A DNA stretch of 63,209 nt, the filler included, from Lenisia limosa (taxonomy: Eukaryota; Protista; Breviatea), in NCBI GenBank assembly GCA_001655205.1. It is 14 parts of 14 records of this genome, joined end to end, with 100 filler letters (N's around TTAATTAATTAA, not from the genome) between each part and the next. Parts side by side here need not be neighbours in the genome. Positions count along the whole stretch, not along the records: positions 49,829 to 51,741 come from LPNZ01002697.1; positions 51,842 to 60,153 come from LPNZ01005045.1; positions 60,254 to 63,209 come from LPNZ01001123.1; 11 more parts are not named here. One strand, written 5' to 3'. Under the pieces are notes generated by a model, which did no database searches, was not told the DNA's origin, and saw only the letters and a list, made by a program, of their open reading frames with translations. A program made the translations under genes and the position numbers. Shown piece after piece: positions 50,434 to 60,277 of this stretch. Each line of letters opens with the position of its first letter. Position 1 is the first letter of the stretch.

Positions 50434-51560
50434 CCTCTCCGACTGTGTCTGTTCAGCAGGAAGTTCTCTAAGCGTCGAAAAGAACGACTGCGTACCCTGT
50501 GCAAAAGGTAGGGAGGGTGGAGGGACGGTACTGTGGTTTTCGAAGTAAATTACTTGGTGATTTGGGAAGCTGGTGGGAGGATATTATTGAGGTGTAACCA
50601 CCCCACTCATCACCTACTGAATTACCCAATTTCAAATTTCACATGCAACTGTAACACCCCAGGAACATATTCTGCCAATGGCCAAGCATTCAATATTTAT
50701 GTGCCTCCACCATCAATCATATTATATATGATATAGTATAATAATAATATAATATCACCGGGTGGCTCTTTAAAATAACGTCTATAGTTGCAAAAATTAA
50801 CCTTTTATTTTTTTTTTCATAAATATACTACTTTTATCACGTTTTATTAGTATTTAACTGCAGACGCTGCCGCCCCCTTTTTTGATGAGTAATTTTCCAT
50901 TTTTCACCGCCACCGCAGGAACATATTCCCCCGATGGCCAAATCTGCCAACCTTGTGTTGGGGCTTCAGACGGGGTCACGTGCTCATGCCCGCCACGGGC
51001 GGAATGCTATTTTGGCGGAATTCGCCCGTGCTGGGATGATGAGATTATTGAAAATGTTGGGCAGTTTTTTTGTCCATTTTCTTCTGATTATTATGATCCA
51101 AGTATTATTGTATTCATTTTTTTGTATTATCATAAATTATTTTTGTTGTTGTTAATTGTTGATCATTTTGACTATTAGTATTGTTTAGCACAGAGTTGTA
51201 GGCAAAATATTGGGTGAATTAATATTATACTATAATTGAATATCTCTTATGAGCGTGATGGTGTGGACTTCGGCCAGATACAACCTTGCTTTCTCGTTTC
51301 TTAAAATCATATTATTATTTTACACTGACGCTACTGTTGCACGTTGCATGCCGCTTCTGTCTTCCTGAATCCACAATCGTATAATACATATAGATCTATT
51401 AATATATACTATGTCTTATGTTAGTGTTGTTTTTCCATAACTTTACAGGGCCTCTGCACAAAATGTGCCAACAAAACGTTCCGAAATCCTGAAAACGAAC
51501 AGTGTGAATGCAGCGCTGGCTACTATTACGATTACGACATCAATATGTGCTCTGTGGGGA
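50434..51560 (+). CDS. Cysteine-rich surface protein fragment with GCC2/GCC3 (ephrin-receptor-like) repeats
   Basis: CVPCAK, CNTPGTYSANGQ, AGTYSPDGQICQPCVGASDGVTCSCPPRAEC, CTKCANKTFRNPENEQCECSAGYYYD. Confidence 0.65.
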
Positions 51561-51578
51561 TGGTGCTACTACTACAAT

Positions 51579-51678
51579 TAGGGCTTCCCTACGATTCCAA
51601 AAAAGACTGAATCTCTCGATAAATCCTGGATAACTATCGATATTTAAACGGTCTTTTTGGGACCATAGGGAAGCCCTA
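51579..51678. mobile_element. Family A MITE
   Basis: TAGGGCTTCCCTACG...CATAGGGAAGCCCTA; flanks ACTACAAT/ACTCTAAT. Confidence 0.85.
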
Positions 51679-51841
51679 ACTCTAATTATGAGAGATTGAT
51701 GCCATAATTGTTCCAATTCTACCACCCATCCACGGTTATCTNNNNNNNNNNNNNNNNNNNNNNNNNNNNNNNNNNNNNNNNNNNNTTAATTAATTAANNN
51801 NNNNNNNNNNNNNNNNNNNNNNNNNNNNNNNNNNNNNNNNN

Positions 51842-53365
51842 TAGCTTGGGGCTGGGCCTTCGGGACGGGAGGGAGGCGGAAAGGAGAGTTGTCCACTTCC
51901 TCTTCCTCCTCTTCCTCACCCTCTTCCTCCTCCTCTTCAACTTCAGCTCTAGTCTCTTCCTCAATTTCGATACGTTCGTCACACTGGGTGGCGTAAAACG
52001 AAGGAAACTTCAATGAAGAATATTGAGGTAAAGGTACTAATCACGAACAAAATAATCCGAAACTCCGAACAAAAAACAAAAAAAAACAAGCAATAACAAA
52101 CACCAGCAACCAACGCTAAAACTAGACAAAAACCAGCTGACAAAAACACAAAAACAAAAACAAGCCCAAGCCAGCCTTTGAAGAGCCGGGGGGGGGGGGN
52201 NNNNNNNNNNNNNNNNNNNNNNNNNNNNNNNNNNNNNNNNNNNNNNNNNNNNNNNNNNNNNNNNNNNNNNNNNNATTTTACACACACGAAGGTTGAACAC
52301 AACAAAACAAAAAAAAACCAAACTCAGAGAGTCGCTTCAATCCCTTCTGTCTCTAAAAATATACTATAAAGATGAATATTACTCCTCCATTCCTCAAAAA
52401 TTAACAACCCAAGAATTAAACTTCAAAAACAAATATAGCACCAGTTAGTGCAAAAACCGAATTATTTCGAAAGAAGTTGGTAGAGAAGGGCGTGTCATCA
52501 CGGAAACCAGCCCAATCAGGGAAACACAAACGTTGACCTCCTTTCTGATCACCCCGCACCTCGGCTTCAACAACATAGTAGTCATTGAGAGCAGCCAGGA
52601 ATCGGCCGAAGAATCTGATGTTACGCACATTGTGGCTGGCAGTCAGCTTGCGCAGAGAGAACAGAAGCTTGATCACTTCCTGGTCATCAGCTAAAACGGT
52701 TACGATGCGTCCACACCCAGTCTGTTTCCAGTGGAAATTGCGTTAAATTGTGGAATCTGCCTCGTAGGCTCAAGAAGGGACTCACCAAAGGCAACGCCAC
52801 AGTCAGAGAGGAGACGAGCCTCTTCTACAAGGGCCGGGAGGGCTTCATCGTTGTAAGAAGACTCGGGAACCTCTTCTTCATCCTCCTCAAGTTCTTCCTC
52901 ATTTTCAGAGTTGGAGTTCTGAGATGGAGGGCTTTGCTTGGTATTCTACGCGATTAACACCTTAGCCTTCATTATACATAACAAGAGCCAGTTTTACAGT
53001 CCCAGTACTCACGTTGAAGAGAGCAAGAACTTTGTTGAGTTGCTCAAGAGTAGTACCGTCCTCGGTCAGCTATACGAATTTAAGAATTTAGTTATATTGA
53101 CGGGTGAAATACCAAAAACAAAGACAATGCCCTGAGAACTCACCGCTTCAGAAGGCTCTTGGCCGGGAATCGCAACACTTGACTTTCTAACATCACGGGA
53201 AACCTCTTCAAAGACCTCCAGGGCGTTTTCGGGCTTCTCCTCGAGGATACGAAGAATTACATTTGCGAGATGATCAAACAGGGAAGACTCAAGCCCAGAG
53301 TCGCCATCTTTACTGGGAAGCTTTAAAAACTCCAATGCTTGCTCGAGAGGAGTTTCAGCGGGCAT
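51842..53365 (-). CDS. RSP4/6: Radial spoke head protein RSP4/6 family (N-terminal part)
   Basis: LEQALEFLK..SLFDHLANVILRILEEKPENALEVFEEVSRDVR (dimerisation domain); LRKLTASHNVRNIRFFGRFLAALNDYYVVEAE. Confidence 0.9.
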
Positions 53366-53655
53366 CTTGAACTATTTACTAACAACTAAATCAAGGGACT
53401 TCCAACTGAATTAGCTTTATATAACTAAAAACTTCACAACCTGTCTTGCTTTAGCCTGTTCTTTCCTAAAAAAAATTTCACTAAAATACTATACAATCTG
53501 TGTACCCAGACTTTATCCATATTGTGGCTGTTCACCAAATTCTGTAGCAGTTTAACTCTGAATTCACCAACAAAAGTTTGTTATGATACTATATTTATTT
53601 TTAATACTGGAAATTACTGCCCCCTTCCTCCGTTAAAATTCCTAAATCTCCAGGA

Positions 53656-56600
53656 ATGGTGACTCTGAGACTTGCGCTAGTGCTCTCTCTCCTTTGTGGA
53701 GTGTGGGCAGGGTTGCCTCCTTCTATTCCGTCAAGCTTCTCGTCCGATATGACCATCACTGTCATAGATCAGGTTAGGTCCGGTTTACCTTCCAAGCATT
53801 CCACTGCGCCCGTCATCGTTACGACTTTAACTGACATAATCAACGGGATTATCAGCTTAAGGCATACTGTTGCAGATTAATGTTTATCCGATAGCGTTCA
53901 AAATGGAAACCTGAGCTCGTAATATTGATCTTATTACAGATTAAGTTGTAACAAATCACATCATAGTCTGCAATTTTCCCTTCAACTGATTTTACAATTA
54001 TATAATAACTCTTACTTAGCTGCAAAATCCAATGAAGATACGAATATATTGATAATATGCCCTTTTTATTGTAAAGCGTGTATTGCACAAAGCACAACTC
54101 TATACAGAAAAAAGAATGCCCCCCATTGGCCCAAAGTATACAGTCGCTGGGATATCCGCTAATGCTAAAGCAATCTCCAACATATTATGACATAAAAAGA
54201 ATGCAATTAAGCCTGTCAAAGTCAGCCCTTCACGTCTTAGAAAGGCCCCAGGGTCACAGACTCCTACCACTGGGCCTTTGACCACAAACACAGCCGTCAA
54301 GCCTTCAAGGGCGTCATGCTGGAGGAATTATCAAAGGATGTCCAAAAATGGCAGGTGAGTGGTGTATTACGTTTTTCGCATTTCGATTGTTGGGAATGAA
54401 ATTGGGAATTAATATAGTATATAATATGATATGAGTTGTTGGGAATACACTGGTATAATGAAGCTATCAAAGAGATATCGTGAAATGTCCTTATTGCTTT
54501 GTAAGCTGTGGAGGCGCATACAGAGTTATAAGGCAAATGCGGGGGTGGTATTTGGCTGAAGCCGTTAATATCATCACGCTTATAAGAGTTATTATATTAT
54601 AGTAACATATTAATTCATTACTGAGAAGCCACGTTTGCAAATAACACACAGAGAGCTCTACGAACTTTCACTCGTTTTATGTCTGTTTTGCGTCAAAATA
54701 TTGGCAACGTTTCTTTTTGCGTTTTTTGCTAGCTGTACTTGGTAATTAATATAAGGCTGGACTGCCAAAAACAATTCACCCATTCAGTACCAAGACCATG
54801 AGGTGACGCTAATGCCCTTCTTTGAGCGCCATGTTTGCTACAATTTCCCCGGGGAGTTCGAGATCAAAAACTTGCACATTCCATTTACATCGTAAGCAGG
54901 GTTTTTTGCAGTATTGTCTTTATTCAAACTAGGATCATTGAGATCGGGCAGAGTGCTGTATGGTAACAAGAAGTATCACTTGAGGACAGTTGGAGAAGTA
55001 ACCATTTCATGTTTCATTTTTTCAGGCAAAATTCTTCTTCAACTTGGAACAAACCCTCGGCCAATTCTTTACACATTTAGATCACACCAAGGACAGGAAA
55101 TGAAAAACGGTGTTCTCTGCGATATCTGGCACAGGTTTGAGGAGTAATTATCCAGGTACCGCGATAAGTCCTGACACGATCGACTAAAAATAAAGCTCAA
55201 TATCCGTGTCAGGACTTATCCCGGTCAGTAAGAACATATGCATATTGAATGGGTGAATTAATGCTATTACATTATACTGTGGGCGACTTCGGTCCAATAA
55301 TTACCTAATTTTTTATTCAACAAATAATTCTTGAGTACAATTTGATGTTCCCCCCAGCGGCGGCCTTCTTTTCAACAACATGACGTGGTGGGTGCAAGCC
55401 GACACCCACATTCCTGTGTCGAGATCGCTTCACAACAGGAAGGTACTGTTCGGGGACTTTTTGACAAAGTTAACAAGAGACAAATTTTGAAAAGTCTGGG
55501 CGAGTCGGACCTAAAAATGGTCACTAAAATGCATCGGACTTACTCAACAACAGGAGAAATCGGAGACCATATGGGACTTCAGCAACTTCGACGGCACTGC
55601 CCCCTCAAAGTCCGTATTTGTGGAACCGAATGTGTGTGGATGTACTTGGCTACCAGCTTGATGGAAATTATTTCTCCAATGTTTATATCCATAGGATGGA
55701 ATATTCAATCTCATCAACTATATGATAGGAAATAAAATTGGATTATACACAAAATAAACTATTCAAAAAGTAACAATTATGGCTACCTTGTGCCTGTCTG
55801 GGTTTAAAGGCAGGTGTCACCCTCTTTAGGATTGTATGGACCTCTCAACCCCCGAAGGCGCGGGCAAAATGGCAGATCTTATCGGAACCAAGAAAATGGC
55901 GGAGGTGGGTGGTCTCATTGTTGAAGGGAGCGAAACTGCTTCGTTTTGTTGTGGATTTAACGCCAGGGATCCAACTTATAAAAGTCGAGTCTACTCGCGG
56001 AGTTGACAAGCTGGTTTATGGGACTTGTACACTCTTTTAAATTTTTCTGTATCCGTCTATTTCCCTATGTTCATCCCTATCTTGGCTATTAAGGAAATAT
56101 CGTAATTATATTTTACTATTCATTTTCAAAAAATTTTGTTTTTTGATTATGTTTATGGAATAGTAGTTACTTTTCTTTGGGTAACTTTTTTTTTTTTTTT
56201 TTACATCGTTTTGTTTTCTTGCCTTTTTAAGAATCGTCATATAAGCCTTTACTTTCCTTTTACGGAATACTATACTCTAATTAGTCTTCACTTGTGTTTT
56301 GGGAATAAGTCCGGGATTACTTTCCTTTTTAGGAATACTTCCGTGATGACTTTCCTTTTTAGGAGTACTTCCGTCGGTCCGGCCGCGGCAATGTTCTGAT
56401 TAATGATCAGCATGAAATTGAGAAACTGAATAAGAAGTCTCAACCTCTTGGGTGGACTGCTGGTGAGTCCTTTTCAGCAGCATAATCCAAATGTATTGCT
56501 TAGTATTGATATTGTATTGTTTTTCAGTTGCATGCGTCCCACATATTATAATTCATGTATTATGAATGTAGTACATTTATTATTGCAAATGATATTTGAT

Positions 56601-59600
56601 AGTGATATGTATGGCATTTTTAACCTTGTTTATCAAAATCAAAATCCCCCCTCTACTGATCGCTTGTTGGATCTTTTTCACACGTTTAAACTACCATTTT
56701 CCACGCAGCGATATGATACCTCATATCCACTCGTATGATATTATACCGACAAGTCTCAATTATACTCTGATAAACTCGAAATAAACCCTTGTGTTATCTT
56801 TGTTAATCATTTCGAGTTAAATAAAAGGCAGTCTTATAGTTATACCACTAGTGAATATGGGGTAACATAGGACCTCTATGTCAGACTCTTTACATTTGAA
56901 ATCGTCAAGGTATTATGAACTACATATGATATATTTACCGCCTTTCTTCATTTAATCCCCTCGTTAGCCCCATCAAAATATTTCGAAGGCAAGACTTTGG
57001 AGGAAGTGGCTGCGTCTTTGGGTTCTCTGGGATCATCCAAAGCTGCCTTCCCCCTTGCTCACAAGGTGGGGGGAGTAAAAGTGAAAATTTATGAAACAAA
57101 AAAGTTCACAATCAAATCTGTTGGCTAGAAACACACAAGGGTTGAAAACAATGAAAAACAAAGGAGGGTAATTATTACAATTCACATTATCTCAATGTTA
57201 AATTTGAGGGGGGGAATTAAATGTCCTTTGACACTCTAGGATTTGCCACTCAAACAGTCGAAGCGCAGGTTGGAGGATATTTCTTGTTATACTCCACACA
57301 GATATAATATGTGAAATTGCATTGCTTTTTACACTACTTCTGATATTGCTTTTATATTGCTTCCTTTATTGTTTCTTAATATTGCTTCTAACATTGCTTA
57401 TTATAATCGTCGTTAACCCTTGACACGGTATACACATTAGAGAATATTGTGTTAAGATCTTACCTAATTAATCTGTTTTGAAGTTTTCGCTTCTTTTGCG
57501 GAGTTCTTTTGCTACTTATTTGACTTATTTTTTCCAGCGCCCTTATGGATAACAATATACGCATATAATTTATGCATTGGATGATATATCATTTAATATT
57601 ACCTATATATTCCTCGAGTAGCTTGATATAAAATTCACTTCTCTTTATCCACTTGATACATTAGAATATAAGACTTTGTCATATTCATACATCATGTCAT
57701 ATTCATATATCATGTCATATTCATACTTGATATACTATGCATATATTATCATTCAAGCCATATGAACATTTCAGAACCTTACTTGATATTAACAATCAGA
57801 CAAACTCTCACTTATATTATATTATTATAATCAAACCCAAATTGACGTGTCAGATCTGTTCCGGCCGAATATGACGTCCGCGACGCGTATAAAGAGTGCA
57901 ACAATGTCCACACCATGAGAGAGCAGGGAGGGTGCGGCTGTGGGAGGGGGCGGCTTATTATGTTATTATTTTTCAAAAGGTGGTGTTGAAGACGAAATGT
58001 TATTGATAAGAAATGAAGAAAAATGATTTTTCTGAGATTATACTATTCACTACATGAATGTATGGTGCGTCAATATAAATGTGCATAGTATAGAAATATA
58101 ATGTCTCCAGAGATTATAAGACAGAAGATATTATTGGATTATGATGACGCTTTAAAAGAGAATGAAAGATGAAATATTATAGACATAAAAATGAGAGAAC
58201 ATTAAAACGAAAGAATCTGACTGAGCACCATTTAAGTTCACCATTCTCCGCCAGTAACACATCACTCATCTAGTAACAACATATTTCACCATATTGGGCT
58301 TTTAACAACCTTACAATAACTTAATAACATTTCACCAGTCACTTAATAACATTTCAGCCTGCTGGGCATTTGCAACAGTTGATGCCTTTGAGGATCGAGT
58401 CTNNNNNNNNNNNNNNNNNNNNNNNNNNNNNNNNNNNNNNNNNNNNNNNNNNNNNNNNNNNNNNNNNNNNNNNNNNNNNNNNNNNNNNNNNGATTGTGGG
58501 AGGAGTAAAATTGGAACATTTATGAAAAAAACCCAAATCAACTCTGTGATAATAAAGATACAATAACTATAATAACCACTCTTTTAAAAAAAATATCTAA
58601 TATGTATGAATACAAGGCAAGGGAAACAAATACACATTAGGACCATTGTTGGGGAAGCGTTTTGGGTCCTCATCCTCTGAGGAGGTACAAGGATCAGCCT
58701 TTTTAATTGATGTTTATATTTAGTTACTTGTTTCAGGAAAGGATGATCAGCTCTTTGCCCCCAATTGGCTGGTCGCTTGTGGTAGGGGGACGGGGGTCAA
58801 TTTCTCTGATATTTGTATATTTGCAATTTGAATTTTTGTTTTTGATATTTGATATTTGATATCATTTTTTATTTTTATTTCCTCTTTCTTTTTTGCTTAT
58901 CGCCACAGATCCCATTGATAAGGGATGCCATGGAGGTTTCCTGGACCTTTCCCACTGGTCAGTGGGGCCTTGAGTTCGGTTCATCCTAATATTTTGGTTC
59001 GTATCCCTTTTTGGGTTATTTTTACACATGTGAACTATCATATTCCACGCAGTGATATGGATTCAAATCCTCTATTTTGGGCCATCTTGGTACTTTCAGT
59101 TTATCCTTATATTTAGTTTAAGCGTGATGGTGTGAATGGCTTCGGCCAGATACAATCTTGCTTCATTTCTCATCTCTTTATATTCAAGACTTAAAGACCC
59201 TTTGACCCTCTTATGAAATGCCCCCAGGTTCCTTCGCGATCATGGAGTTCCCCTCGAATCCTGCGTCCCCTATAACAAGTCACAGAATGAGGCTCCTGAA
59301 TGCCCGGCTTTATGCAAGGACGGCTCAGACATCAAGCTATGGCACCCAGTGAGGGGTCACAAGGGAATGTAGATCTAGAGATCGTAATGGGCTGTGATCA
59401 GTATTTGTGAAACATTTCAGGATATTTTAACATTTCAGGCTACTTTAACATTTCAGGATACTTTAACATTTCAGGATACAGTGTACACCCCAGGATATGA
59501 CGAAGAGGTTTGAAGGTTTTGCCGATATCTACTTTATTTTCAAAATATATCAAAATGGCTGATAGAAAAACTTCGATGAAATCACCGTAAATTTCATAAC

Positions 59601-60153
59601 TAGCAGTGATAAAAGGTGGATGGAGCTCTGAGCCAATTGATTGGTGATACTACGATCAATGATCAATGTCGTTTTCGCACGGGGTGGTGGACAGCTTTGA
59701 CCGGATAATAATCATTATCACTACTCTTCATCCTTACATTGTACCAGTCAATTATACAAATAATCTTATAAGTGTGGACGGCTTCAGCCAGAAACTATCA
59801 TCAATATTCCTCATCAGCTTCAACCGAATTTCTCATTTTCCAGTCAATTATGCAAGAAATCTTCGAAAATGGTCCGGTAGCGGCGTCTATGTGGGTCTAT
59901 GAAGACTTCCCAAGATTCTATGTTGGGGGGAGGCAAACTGCTGGGTGGCGTGGGAGGACACACCTTTTTCATTCCACACCCCTTTCGGCCCCTGTCAATA
60001 CAAACCTTTCTCGGCTGTTCATAGCACCATTCACCATTCGATATAGAAAGGCGTGTACCAGCGTACTGAAGGAGCTGCCTTCCTCGGAGGTCATGCTATT
60101 AATTTAATGTGGGGAGGGCATTTGATGTATTTTGGGGGGAGGGGCGAATGCAG
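53656..60153 (+). CDS. CTSB: Secreted C1A protease: signal peptide + ependymin-like N-terminal domain + cathepsin B-like propeptide and mature domain (3'-truncated)
   Basis: SVPAEYDVRD..MREQGGCG|SCWAFATVDAFEDRV (catalytic Cys codon 58360); NWLVACD..DKGCHGG; FLRDHGVPLESCVPY..CPALCKDGS; IMQEIFENGPVAASMWVYEDF; GVY..LGGHAI (His codon 60092). N-terminus MVTLRLALVLSLLCGVWAGLPPSIPSSFS. Confidence 0.9.
55158..55225. mobile_element. Tiny fold-back element, family E (second copy 34441-34562)
   Basis: ACCGCGATAAGTCCTGACACG ... CGTGTCAGGACTTATCCCGGT (20/21 inverted match). Confidence 0.7.
56640..56865 (+). repeat. Family D intronic repeat (other copies ~7045-7130, 16080-16260 reverse, 59000-59070)
   Basis: TTTTCACACGT..AACTA.CATTTTCCACG..G.GATATGATACCTCATATCCACT.GTATGAT..CGACAAGTCTCAAT..CCTTGTGTTATCTT.GTT.ATCATTTCGA shared with the reverse complement of 16080-16260. 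Confidence 0.7.
57066..57165 (-). repeat. Family G, antisense, directly after 5' splice site (cathepsin intron)
   Basis: |GTGGGGGGAGTAAAAGTGAAAATTTATGAAACAAAAAAG..CTGTTGGCTAGAAACACACAAGGGTTGA. Confidence 0.75.
58492..58555 (-). repeat. Family G, antisense, near 5' end of a cathepsin intron
   Basis: GGGAGGAGTAAAATTGGAACATTTATGAAAAAAACCCAAATCAACTCTGT. Confidence 0.7.
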
Positions 60154-60277
60154 NNNNNNNNNNNNNNNNNNNNNNNNNNNNNNNNNNNNNNNNNNNNTTA
60201 ATTAATTAANNNNNNNNNNNNNNNNNNNNNNNNNNNNNNNNNNNNNNNNNNNNCATGTCATAAAAAGAAAAATCATT

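Noticed and set aside
55946-55985. In-frame stop separating the ependymin-like domain from cathepsin B
   Set aside because: It requires a cryptic acceptor at ~55947. A phase-compatible acceptor at 56361 gives an uninterrupted frame into the propeptide.
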